A stretch of 64,000 nt of DNA from contig JAQGDQ010000024.1 of assembly GCA_030141605.1 (NCBI GenBank), positions 496,001-560,000 on the forward strand. The letters run 5' to 3'. Numbering within the stretch: position 1 is the stretch's first letter; each line of letters starts with the position of its first letter. Made by a program: the position numbers and the translations under genes. Source of the DNA: Tubiluchus corallicola (taxonomy: Eukaryota; Animalia; Priapulida). The notes beneath the pieces were generated by a model. It was not told the DNA's origin. It was given only the letters and a program-made list of their open reading frames with translations, and ran no database searches. Positions 52,109-64,000 of this stretch are shown here, piece after piece.

Positions 52109-53890
52109 CCCCTCATTAGTAACTGGGTGTCTTATAAATACATTCATCTGGTTTAGTCCACGACACAAAACGTGGGCCTCAAGGAAAACAATTCAAATGT
52201 TGAATTTTTTCCCTTATTTAGGCGGCTTGCCTACCCACCATCACATCACGATAGCAAACTTTTCGTGGGAATTACAGCTTACAAGAGTACACTGCAAATT
52301 CATATCAACGACAATACCAATTTTCCATTAATTTTTCTCAAAATTGCACGCAATAAATAAGACTAATTTGTTTCAGTTGGCCATGCGTGACAAAGCTAAT
52401 TCTCATAAATACGCTAATTATTTTGCGGCTTTTGTTGTTTTAGTAGGAAATTTTAATTTAGTTTGACGTATTCGGGAGTAATTCGTGACGGAATAAAACT
52501 CTAGGGTTTGGTGTTTAACAAAAACATCATGAGTATGGACGGGTGAGTGTTGTTTAATGATACCGGGGTAAAATATATGTAACACAGCGATATTTGTAAT
52601 GTTTTTTAAATTATGCATCACAGAAAACTGTGTGTACATGTGCAGCTTCAACGTAAGAAACTTTATGACTACAACGAATGACCGAAGCGGATTTATTATA
52701 GGTATAGACTGCTCTTTTAAAATTCTAAATAGTGTCATATCGTTATGCAAAATCTCTAAAAGAGTCTTGTTACGTAAAACATTCTATTGTGGAGCTGTGC
52801 ATACATGTCACATTATAGTAGTTATAGCTATCCCTAACACTCTTTAAACCGTGCATGTCTACACAAAATTAATAATCACTAGCTGGTTAGGATTAATTGC
52901 CGTACTTCACAACCAAGACATCTAAGTTGAGAAGTCAGGAGTGTTGCGAAGGCAGAAAAAGCAAAACATTGCGCAGTCTAGCAACAAGCTTGTAAAATAC
53001 GAATCAAGGTAGCCATAAAACGCTATTATATTTAATGACAAACTGAACGAGATGCAGCCAACATTTACGACTGGCACACCGCTTTTACGACATTGAACTG
53101 CCCTGATATTATTTACAATATCCCTACTGAAAGAAAGACTGAGAATATCACAATCACGATCGGCTTTTTACTTTAGATGCATTTCAGCCAGTGCGGTAAT
53201 AGCAAACTTAGAAAAGCCGACTGGAAATAATGACTAAAAAGCAGGCGCTATATTATGTGGACAATGGTTAATGGCTTAATCACTATAAAGAGCCCAGTAA
53301 GTACGCATTACCTAAAGAAAACCACGAGAATAAAACTGTTTTTTCATTACAACTCGCAGGTTTACTAATACATTTGAGGAAAATTGGATTAAAAAATAGC
53401 ATCAAAAGTGTTATGACTGTGTAGTATCAAATAACACTGCTCATGCTTTTCCTTCGATCGTAGATGAATGGTAGCCCCATTCCCGTCTGTGTATATACTT
53501 AATTTTTTTCCTTTTTTGCTGTTAACCAATGTATTTTGTTTAATGGTTCAATGAATAAAAATACTATATTTACGAAATCACCAAAATGCGTCGCCCAAAA
53601 GCAGATTTACTGCAACATGGTGAATTGCACTGCTGCATCTCGCTAACCAGGTTAAACAGATATGGTTCTTAGGAAGTTTTTGTATCTTATTCTTAGGAGA
53701 AAACTTTCATCGCAGTAATTAATTTTGAGAAACAGTAGTTATGTGTTGGTTTTGAGTGGAAGTAACTGGAAAACCGGCCTTACTATTACATGAGGACACT
53801 GTGTAACACGCCATAAGCAATTAACAACAAAAATGTCATTTGTGATACAGAAACAATCAGTGTAAGTATTGTCACATAGACTTGCTCTTA

Positions 53891-54155
53891 CGGCGCATGC
53901 AGACTAGCGAGTTCAGGCTTGAGAACAAAACTTGTTGCGAGTTACTCTCCGACAGTAAGCGACAGCTGATACTCACTTCTCTATTCATTGCGAAAAGTGT
54001 CGAGAGTAACTTGCCGAGGCGTTCACACTAGATAGTAGTTCGCAGAAAATCAACTCGCAGCAACTGCCAGAGAGTTCGCATAACTCGCAAGACAGTTCGC
54101 ACTTTTCATCACAGAGAAAACTCCCGATAGAAAACTCGCTAGTTTGAGCGCACCA
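53891..54155. mobile_element. PIF/Harbinger (Tourist-like) MITE
   Basis: Inverted ends GGCGCATGCAGACTAGCGAGTT and AACTCGCTAGTTTGAGCGCACC, internal GCGAGTT/AACTCGC repeats, TTA / CTA flanks. Confidence 0.65.
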
Positions 54156-54679
54156 CTAGGAAAAGAAAAATAGAGAAAAAATTGTTTGTAATTACGCCAT
54201 TGGGCTGTTGTGGGAAGCTTTCCGAGGAATTACTGTTACGTCTAGCTCCTGAAGCTCGATCAGTTGGACATCGACTATAATTTGCTGCTTCACAGCGTAT
54301 ATAACCTGCTTATTGATTTAAAACAACAATAAGCCGTAATTGTAAGGTATAATGCGATAATGCCGTGCTGTTACATGATTCCGCTACCATCCGCCAAAAG
54401 AATCAGCTCATTTTCGCGAAAATCTATAACATGCACATACATCCACATAAATTGCTCTCAAAAGAAGTAATGTACAAACAGCACGAGTGAACAAAAGATT
54501 TGATAAATAAAATTACCTGATAGCAGTGAAAAAGGTATGATTAAAGTAAATGAAATTTAAGTATAACGATTATATTTTGATAATTGCTGTGGTGGTAGCG
54601 GCAATTATTATGATGTCGATGATAATGGAAAAGGTGATACTGACTAAGAAGATGACTCCGCGATGCCGACAACAATGAC

Positions 54680-54820
54680 GATCACGTGATGATGATGATG
54701 ATAGTAATGATTGTGATGATATTGATAGCGACAATGATGAAGACGTTGACGATGCTGATGATGATCGTGATGGTGATGATGATGATGATGATGATGATGA
54801 TAGTGGTGTTGATGGTGAAA
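54680..54820. repeat. (GAT)n imperfect microsatellite
   Basis: GAT-rich triplet array. Confidence 0.85.
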
Positions 54821-56437
54821 GCAATGTACTTGTTAGTAGTGGTAATTGGTAACTATCAGAACGTCGACAACCCTGATAGCAACTTTACTGCCGTAATAGT
54901 CCTGTAGCAATCAAATTGCGTTTTGACGTTACCAGGTCCAAAATATTGTTCACACGTCACATTTATTCTTACAAATTTGACTATAAATGAGCCTTTGTCG
55001 CTTTTAGTACAATTAACTTCTGTTGATTCTGAAAGTGTAGCGGCATTGAAGGCTTCTATTAGCTGTAATAAACTTTTAGCACAGACTATTATACAGACTA
55101 AATAACTGAGAAACTTACCCTCCTGAAATTTTATTTTTCCGGTGCTTCAAGCTGCTACCGTGACAAACACAAAAAGAAACTTTCAACAAATACTAAAGTA
55201 AGTCATTATACACATCACAGTAGTTGAGCTTCAAGCTCTGCAGATCGCCAAGGTCACCTACTTACTATGTGCGATAAAATGCAACATTCGTTCTCATGCA
55301 CGCGCAGTGGTTTGATACATTGCGGAAACAACAAATGAAACCCTGCAAATTACTGCACCGATGAAACTTACACTTAATTGTTATAGGCTATTAACTATTT
55401 TGTCTAGCAAGTGCGCAAGCTTTTGCTAGAATGAGCACATAGAAAGTGCTCCCTCGTGTGCTTCCCTAGCGTAACGGGCTTCAGCGTGATATTGATCTGT
55501 CACGTGACTGAAGCTAGCAAGTTTGCTAGCCAAGGTAGAATAGTCGTGCGTGTGTAGTGACTTGTCAATTTTCCATTCTTATTTGGTTTATTAGGAAGCA
55601 CTTGTGTAACTGAGTTCATTAAAAGTATACGTCAAATCGACCCAGAGTATTTGTGTCAGAGAATGCCAATTCACGGATAAAGCTTAATGAGAAGAACCGA
55701 GTTTCAACTTAGAACGTTTGACTACATTAGTTAAATTCAAACCGTGTGGAAATTTAGCAACCTATTTGCTCTTTTAGTTGTTTTGGTCATCAGTATGCAT
55801 TGCTACATGCCACAGTAATGTAATATTCTGTACTTACTTTCACAGACACGGAACACCTTAAATATTAATCAGATATCACAAAATGTACTCCATAATTTCT
55901 AGTAAACCATGTTGATCTATAAACTGTAGAATTTTTCAGGCCTGTTGAGAGATTATGGATTAATCTCTTTCGATAAAAAGACGTGCCTCTTCAACTGTAA
56001 AATGTCACAAGGAGGTGAAAACACAAATTAGGTGATCACGGTGACACACTTTCGCCACATTAGTCATTGTTTGCTAAAACGAAAAAAAATCTGCAACGTG
56101 CTGTTTCAGTTGACCTTTTAAAATCCAAAACTTGAAGACCACGCCAGAATGCCTGTTTCTTCGAAGAAACGTCAGGAGTTTCTTCAGATGTTTTTCAGTC
56201 TGTTTTAACGCGTAATTTACAGCATGGTCCATGTTGCAGATTGCGCTGATTGTTCGATACGACTTGTTGTCGACCCTTGAAGATGCAGGATTGATTAGAA
56301 AACCCCGACTGCCACTCACAGGAGTGGGTATTTATCAGAGAATCTGCGATTGAATGTAATGTTAATCCAGAAGAGGTTGAACGAAAACTATTCATTTGAG
56401 ACCATCGTGGAATTTGGAAAATAAATACATATACCTG

Positions 56438-56630
<193 letters not shown>

Positions 56631-57697
56631 AAGTTTGCAAATTCGGATCAACATTTTTCTAAGAAATTTTTAAAATTTCTTCAATTCCATTACCTTCCAC
56701 CAATCTGTCGATCACACAATTTTTTAATGTTTCTCTTCTTATTCACTAACTTACTATTAAAGCGAATACAATATAGGAAAACGGTACAGACAGGGAAGAC
56801 AGTTGCCATACAAAAACGCAAAAGCGTCTGTTTTTACTTGTTCATTTTTGAGGATTTAAAAACGATCGTAACAACAGTTATTATAATTAATAAAAGTTTA
56901 GTGAGTAAAAGCACTGCAGTGGCCACTCCAGCAAAGGCACAGCAACTGTGTTTACTGCACAACGCTAATGTCCTTCTTGCTTTTGCACTCTTTGGCAAGG
57001 AAACTTATAGGGAATCACACAAGCTACTTAAATGCAAGCAACACACGCTATCTAAGTATAATATAATAGTGATTAAATATAGTTATAATAATAATAATGT
57101 TATAATAACGTAATAATGAAGAGTGCAAAAGTAAAGAGGACGACAGCATTGTACAGTCTACACAGCAACCGCATCACTTTTGTATATGAATCTATAGAGC
57201 TCACACGAAACAAGAAACAATAAAATGATGCTATAAAATAAAATTATTTCCAAAAAACGATGAAAGGAAGTTAATGGAATTTCAAAACACTTTACTTCTC
57301 GACAGTCCACAGAGGACTAGAGGTGGCTGTATGATTGTCATGGCAAATAGATTTCAAGTAAATATTGTTGCCGTAGTTTTACCATGGTGAGGTGGTTATT
57401 ATTGTGAATATTAGTCAGCCTAAGGCGTACATTCTGTATAATCTGCAATAGGATTAAGATCTCAGGCTGTGACAAGACTAACAAAGTTCTAAATGCAACA
57501 ATGAAGTAGCAAAGAGGAGACAAATGCTCTCGACTCAATTAAACCTAATGAAACTACCTTCCGTACATAAAATAAATCATAACAGTACAACACGTAAGAG
57601 CAGTTTTATGAATAAAAGCTTCAGTGCACCTAATCTTATTATAGATTTCATTAAAACTAAAGCCTTATTCACAAAACCAGGACTTACAAACAACACC

Positions 57698-57703
57698 TTT
57701 ATT
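57698..57703 (-). promoter_or_regulatory. candidate polyadenylation signal of paramyosin
   Basis: TTTATT on + (AATAAA on -) about 117 nt past the stop codon. Confidence 0.4.
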
Positions 57704-57819
57704 ACATTCACATTATTATCTCATACAAAAACGTTGACAAGTAAAACGCCATCTGATAACCAATGGCGCGCTATCTAGCATAGTAAGCCACAGGGTGATG
57801 GTCGCTTCGTAAGACTAGT

Positions 57820-58014
57820 TTAGTACTGACGACGGCTGACATTACGCTCGTCAACAACCACCAGACTTGGGCGTCTGCCACTGGTTACAACAGTGTGGTG
57901 CTTACTGCGCAGGACACTTAAGCTGCTCTCTGCCTGCTCACATCTGGCCTCGGTATCTTCCAGGTCACGCTGATAGCGGCGCAATCTGGTGATGGTTTGT
58001 TGGTTGACAGATTC
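57820..58014 (-). CDS. Prm: paramyosin, terminal exon (ESVNQQTITRLRRYQRDLEDTEARCEQAESSLSVLRSKHHTVVTS...RRQY*)
   Basis: Acceptor TTTTACAG. The C-terminus matches the paramyosin pattern QQT.TR.RR.QR.LE..E.R...AESSL..R.KH. Stop TAA. Confidence 0.9.
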   Translation of the reverse strand, partial: ESVNQQTITRLRRYQRDLEDTEARCEQAESSLSVLRSKHHTVVTSGRRPSLVVVDERNVSRRQY

Positions 58015-58510
58015 CTGTAAAAGAAAAATATTTTTTACTTCAGAAAAAGGAAGTGCGGTTTGCGTCGGATAACGAGCACGGTTTTTTCTTTGAAAGGTTC
58101 ACACTAAAATATTAAATTCCACGAAGCACCTGGTCAGGTTAAAATTTTGTGGACACCCGAACAACCAAAAACCAAAACCAAACGGTCAACAACCAAAATG
58201 TCGACAAGAAGTAATATAACGGTAAAGACATTGTGTTGAGGCAGCCCTCAAAACAAGATCAACATGTAAAGCGTAGCGCGATACAAATTGAATTTAAGTT
58301 GATACTATTTGCTAAAGCAAAATGTTAAGGCACTTTAACAGTGTTTATAAAAAGGATTGTACCCATAATTCAAGCATTTTAATGCGTTTCGTGTAATGAA
58401 TACTTTTGTTTTTCTGTTCTTTTTGCACTAGGCTTAATTGTTTGTCTTGTTATTTGGCCCTTTCCTTTGGCATCATGCATTCTTGGTTATTTTACGTTTT
58501 TTCCGCTCAC

Positions 58511-58711
58511 CTGTTCCTCAACCGTACGTTTGTACATCTGAATTTTGACTGTCAACTTCTCTACTGTCTCCTGCAAGATGACAATTCTGGAGCTGTAGTC
58601 TTCAATTTCTACTTGCTGTTCACGAACTCGCTTGTCACGGGTCTTGACTTGTTTGTCAAATGTCTGAGATCTCTTCCTCTCCTCATCGAGTTCCGTCTCA
58701 GTGTCGCGAAG
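58511..58711 (-). CDS. Prm: paramyosin, internal exon (LRDTETELDEERKR...IQMYKRTVEEQ)
   Basis: Acceptor TTATTACAG, donor CAG|GTGAGC, 201 bp. Confidence 0.9.
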
Positions 58712-59235
58712 CTGTAATAACAATGATATCAGTTTAGACAAAATTGACTGCGACAGAAGCTACAGCCAAAAAATCTGATGTTGGTACGTTTCCAACAAGT
58801 AGGATGCAAAAAAATAAGAGTGGACTATTTTCGCAACGTCCTTGCCCCTCTTTTCGTACTGGTCTCTTATTTCTTAGTTACATAAATGTCTGGCTAAAAT
58901 TTCTAGGTGGTCTATACTTCACTGTGTTCAGGATACCCAACGTGCTAGATTTAAATTTCAAAATAATTAAATAGTATTTGTCCTCAGCCTCCATAATTGT
59001 ACCGCCTTTTTCAATTAGATGTCCAGCAGGACTGAGTAAGGAAGATTTAGACTAATTAATGAAAGTCTATCCCGCAGCGCATCACGTATTTAACTCGTGA
59101 TCCAATTGATTAGTTAAATTGATTAGCAATCATCATCTTGTGGGTTAAAAGGGCAGCAGAGATAGTCGATATAATTAGTGGAGCATTGTGCCAGTTTGTT
59201 GGTCAATATCATATACAATATGCATGATAACTCAC

Positions 59236-59607
59236 CCTGCCTTCGAGCTTAGCGATTGTTCTCTTAGCAACAATCATAGCATTGGCCTCCACCTCAGCTA
59301 GACGCACTTGAAGATCCTTGACCTGATTCTCAAGGGCCTTGCGGTTGTTGTCCAGCTTTTGACACTTATCCTGCTCGTTGCTCAACTCGTCGTTTGCGCG
59401 ACGCAGATCGGCTTCGGCCTTAGCTTGGGCTTCTTGTGCGGTCCTGGCCTCAATCCTAGCGTCGTCCAGGTCACTCTGCAGTGCCAACACGTCCGCTTCC
59501 AGTTTCTGCTTGGAAGCCATAAGCAGAGAGACAGTGCTGGAGAGCTCGGAAAGGCGGCCATGACACTCCTCAAGCTCAGCCTCAAGTGTTTTCTTCATGC
59601 GGAGGGC
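59236..59607 (-). CDS. Prm: paramyosin, internal exon (ALRMKKTLEAELEE...AKRTIAKLEGR)
   Basis: Acceptor TCTTTCAG, donor AGG|GTGAGT, 372 bp. Coiled-coil heptads. Confidence 0.9.
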
Positions 59608-60908
59608 CTGAAAGATGAATTCGCATATTAGTTATTTGCAAGAGTCACCACGAACTGCCAGCATTTTCCGTGAATAAATGCATTTATGGCGAGACTGGAA
59701 ATTTTTTGCGTGTATGAATTTTCACGAATACCTTTCACATCGTCTCGTTAGAATTAACGGCCATCCAAGTTACTTTTCGGCTCAGCAAACAAGTGACACG
59801 AAAAACGTCTCTAGGTATTTATGATGGCTATTCAATGAAATGCAATCGTATTTACATCAATCGAACACGCATTATTTACATACCTGTCATAAATTGATCG
59901 ATGGCTTTATTCTGCTACAGGCTATAGCTGAAGCGCACACGCCAAGCTGAGGGCTTCTTCCAGCATTTTAGCATATTAAGGTATATTAGTTTAGTTATTA
60001 AAGCATACAAAAATAACAAGATCATTAATTTGCTCGTTTTAACTTGTTTTAAGCAGAACTGTCGTAGCATCTACACTAACTAATTAAACGAAATCACTCA
60101 GTTAAAACAATTAGCTTGCTAAACATGAGAAATATCTAAACATCATTGGGCGTGCATTGATGTTGGCTCTATTCCTGCTTTAAGAAGTGAAAGTACTGGC
60201 AGATGTCTAAAATTTTAATCAGTTAGGACCCACTTCTGAATCATGATAACAGAATAGGCTCGTCAAGCTCGCATCTTTGCGACTTGGTTTGAAAATGGCT
60301 CGCAGCTGTCTTCCGCAAGAATTTGCAATGAGTCACGGCCATTTTATTTTATCTACAGAAAATAAAATGCCAATATAAATCAAATAAATACGACTTATGC
60401 ATCAAGCCTCAATGTTCATCCCTTGCCCCATCACGACATATACAGCTCTAGATAATTTTCAATTTGCTGTAATATTGATAAATGTGGTTAGCTTAAAAAT
60501 TTAGTTGTTCAGTTGTAAACGCTGAATGCTTTATTAAAATCACAAAGCCTAGAGTTGCCTTTTACGTACAGGCTTCAAAGGATATCAATTTTTGATAGCT
60601 TATGATTTCAAAATTGTGTATTAAAGTTGATAACTAAAACCGATTCATTCTAACTTTCCACATGATTTTCCAAGCACTACTAACAGTAACATAAATCAAA
60701 ATACATGTAACAATTTGGTATGTACGCGAACCATTTTCAAAATCACGATATCTTTTTGCAAAAGAATCATAAATGCGAGCCCAAATGCAGTATGTTAACA
60801 GTCAGTTGCAAAACCAAGTCAATTTTAACTAAAATTAATCGGTTAATTTACTAAAAATTATAATTATTTAATCTCATGGAGTACATAAACGTTGCAGAAA
60901 TGGGGTAC

Positions 60909-61037
60909 CTGCTCGAGAGTGATTCTGGCTTCCTCGAGTTCACTCTGCAAAGCTTGTGCGCGTCTCTGCACAGCGTTAAGTTGGTCAATGGTCTGCTGAA
61001 GTTGACGCTGACAGTCCTCATAGAGACCTTGCAGATC
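60909..61037 (-). CDS. Prm: paramyosin, internal exon (DLQGLYEDCQRQLQQTIDQLNAVQRRAQALQSELEEARITLEQ)
   Basis: Acceptor TTTCTTCTAG, donor CAG|GTACCC, 129 bp, phase 0-0. Not in the ORF track on this strand. Confidence 0.88.
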
Positions 61038-62188
61038 CTAGAAGAAAAAGAAACACTAGAAAGTGATAACAGAAAATGAGATGAGAATGGAATAATGGTT
61101 ATTAGCTGCTAGTAGTTATAACTCAATTACCTAAATAACATAGATGTAGATAGAATAATAGTAAATGATTAAACAAAACAAAAAAAAATCAGTAAATTGT
61201 TCGCAGCGGAACAAGCTATGAAGGAGCAAAATGAATAGGCCAACGTAACGAGAAGGAGTAGTGCTTCATAATAAAATAAAATACATTTTATGGACATTTT
61301 GGCAACGTAAAAGTTGCATCAGGCTTGAAGTCGCTTAGTTTTTCCTAACTATGTAGCTTTTTCCAGCAAGTCGTTGCTCTATAGAAGCTTAGCCTTCACA
61401 TTTGACAATAACACTGAAAAATTAGACGCGTCTCCATTCGCGCGGATTAAACTCGAAAGGTTTTCATTAAATTCTCCGACATGTTCCTACTAAAACCACA
61501 CTCGTGTTGGCTTTTGTCAGACTCTCAAAACAAACCATTTTGCAAATGAAACTTTAATTGCTTTCGTGGCAACTCCGCAGACTTTTCCCACAAAGCGTTA
61601 ACTGTGTATTTTAAACCAGAGATGCGAGAACGAGAGAATGTCGTCTGTAATCTAATGGGTGATGTTTCTTTGATGATACTCTGTGACTGGTAAAATTAGG
61701 AAAACTACGTTAGCGGCTGCGTTGACAGAGGTTATTAAGCGTTACACAAACGTAACTTGCAGTGACGTTCCACACCACCATTGAATCACATTGCATTAAC
61801 AATAAAAATGTAGTGCGATTTTATTCACAGCTATAACCCGCTATAACCCACCAAATGTTTATCAGATGTAGATACATTAGACGAGTATTTAATACACCAG
61901 GATTAATTATCACCAAGAATGTCTTTGCACTATAGATTTTATTATACTGGCAAACACAGTGCAATTTCTTTTTAGATCATCGCGTAATTTTTCTAAAGTA
62001 TTTGAGTTGCGGCCTGTTTACTTAGATAAGTGGAAAAATCGCACCTTAACAAAATATTAGCTCATTCTTTATCTGTTTTTCACGATGGCACCCAATATCG
62101 TCGCAGGTTTACTCTTGAAGTATTTTTGCTTTGACAACACTATGTTTTCAAAATTCCCTAGTTTGAAATTATTCTTAGTCTTTTTTAC

Positions 62189-62384
62189 CTTCAGTTGTGC
62201 AGCAAGAGCCTTATTCTTCCTTTCAGCTTCCATACGGGCAGCGTTGGCACTATCAAGAGATATCTCCAGTTCATGGATCTCCGTCTGGTACTTCTTCTTA
62301 AGCCTCTGTACTTCTGCCTTATGACGTGCCTCAGCATCTTGCAGCTTCACAATCAGCATGTCAATTTCTATCTGCATCTGCTTC
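62189..62384 (-). CDS. Prm: paramyosin, internal exon (KQMQIEIDML...KKKYQTEIHELEISLDSAN...QLK)
   Basis: Myosin-tail-type coiled coil resembling invertebrate paramyosin. Acceptor AATTTAG, donor AAG|GTAAAA. Upstream exons lie outside the window. Confidence 0.88.
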
Positions 62385-63149
62385 CTAAATTAATGATGTA
62401 GTTTAATTTCTAGTAAAACAGATATAACATATTTGAGGTCTTTAGTCCTTAAGTCACCCTGTCTGCATTTGATGGCTATTTTTGCCAACGTAGATTTTTA
62501 TGTTCATTGCAGGTTGCTATTTCTTAAAATACATCTTGGGAATTTTTTTCATCATATTTAGTATTTCTGGATAATAGTTAAATTTTTACCCTAAAATGGC
62601 TGTTTTGTCAGAAAAAGAAACGTACTATGCACAAAAAAAATCTTCAACATTTAAGAATGGTTCAGAATTATTATGGAATACAATCAGAGGGCTTATTTAT
62701 TGTAAATCTGTCCAATGGATTTATAATGAGCATCAGTAGCAACAAACAAATGTTAGCAATGCCGTTTATTTGTATGTCACGTTAACCTGCTGTACATCTT
62801 AGCACTCACTCTTATTTCCCTATCTTTTGTATTGTATTACTTTTTATTGTGAACCATGGTTTGAAATAAAATTCTTTATATTTGTCGTTATCACTAAAAT
62901 ATTAAATGCTTCCTTAGAACAAGCAAGCATTTTATTCTGCTAACATGACAAGCTTGTATAATCCTATTATCTCTGAACACTTACTGTCTTGCAAGTCTTA
63001 ATTTATTTAAAGGAAAACACTGACGAGTCTATGCAAAATATTACATGCATTTCTAATGGCTCACTCTGTACCTCTTTTTGTCGATATGTGAAGGGCACTT
63101 GAATGTTCATAGGTATTGGATCTTTCAATGTCACAAGACACAGATGGCA

Positions 63150-63530
63150 AGTAGTTTTGAATAGTTTTTTGCACATAACACCACCAAACTCGCACTTGCA
63201 CATTTGCGTACAAACAAGTTTTTTCTTTTTTCTGTTTTCGAAATTTGATAACATTTGATAGGATCCACTATAGCCTGACACTTTTTGGCTGGATGGTTGC
63301 AAAATCTAATAAGTTGCTGACACGCTTTGATGTGTCCAGTGTGGTTCCCATGTCAGTTCAATAGACTTTTTCCAGCCCCCGTCAAATGGTGATAATAAAG
63401 TTGGGACAGTGATCCATGCTGGGCCCCAATAATATCTTGCCTGATAAGCCCACACGTGAATAATTCTCTCATTATTCTGGGGACTATTTTTTATTGAAAA
63501 ATAGTTGACCTTTATACGGGCTACATACAT
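63150..63530 (-). mobile_element. frameshifted C-terminal fragment of an Academ-like DNA transposon protein, in a paramyosin intron
   Basis: Consecutive frames read SIKNSPQ...HVWAYQARYYWGPAWITVPTLLSPFDGGWKK...WEPHWT, then KACQQLIRFCNHPAKKC, then LVCTQMCKC. This follows the pattern PPT...H..RA.YQA...W.....P.LPSP...GW...W.P.WT......C.ELI.C.C...C...C.C....L.CT..C.C. Confidence 0.65.
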
Positions 63531-64000
63531 TTGTATGTTTAAGATGCTAAATAAATTGACAAAAATCCCCAACGTATATTTTGGCGACCCCTAGATGATA
63601 CAAAAATGATGGTATATGTTGGCAAAGATTTCCACCAAGTGCAGACAGAGTCCACTTTTTGTGCCATAAAGCCCTGCACTTTGGGGACACTTTTGTTTGA
63701 TTTCAAGCCAACCATAACGGTGGCTGGCACCTTAGAGATATGACATAATACGAAGCATTACAGACTTACGCAGTTTTATAGCTTTGATAATCCTGTTAGC
63801 AGAAAATGCAGAAGTCCTCAGTGTCGTTAATAGTGGCAGCTAGTCAATATTAAAAATCATATTGTGTTAGTTAAAAACAGTAATAGTGCAACGTTCTTTA
63901 TTTTTAGTTCTGGCAAAATACGAGCAAAAGTAATTTTACGAACCGCATTGCGTCCATTTCATCCTGTTTCTGCTGCAGTTTTTTCTCATATTCTGCTTTC

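Noticed and set aside
56120-56195. Hammerhead-like CTGAAGA...GAAAC on the minus strand
   Set aside because: Stem II does not close directly onto GAAA; it is better explained by the short palindrome GTTTCTTCGAAGAAAC.
58406-62401. Plus-strand ORFs overlapping paramyosin exons
   Set aside because: Antisense shadows of coiled-coil codon usage.

Overview
AT-rich eukaryotic (invertebrate animal) genomic DNA, not prokaryotic. It has spliceosomal introns, a paramyosin gene, microsatellites and decayed transposons. Four protein-coding genes can be assembled by hand from phase-consistent splice sites. (1) A 5'-truncated RUSC1/RUSC2 (iporin)-like RUN+SH3 gene on + (1-14638, 9 visible exons, one a 4380-bp giant exon). 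(2) UTP25/DIEXF on + (20828-24029, 2 coding exons, about 748 aa). (3) An uncharacterised tandem MATH/TRAF-like plus coiled-coil gene on - (31393-26826, about 504 aa, probable GC-AG intron, uORF). (4) The 3' part of paramyosin on - (62384-57820, 5 visible exons). About 26 kb (31.4-57.7 kb) has no credible coding sequence. Mobile DNA includes hAT-like, Harbinger-like and Mutator/foldback-like MITEs, 5S-derived SINE-like fragments, a decayed LINE 3' end and an Academ-like transposase fragment. No CRISPR array, operon or intact transposase was seen, and no clearly new multi-gene system can be supported. The best leads are the in-frame skippable giant exon with PP1-type motifs in the RUSC-like gene and the unstudied multi-MATH gene. 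All homology calls rest on remembered family motifs, not on database searches.
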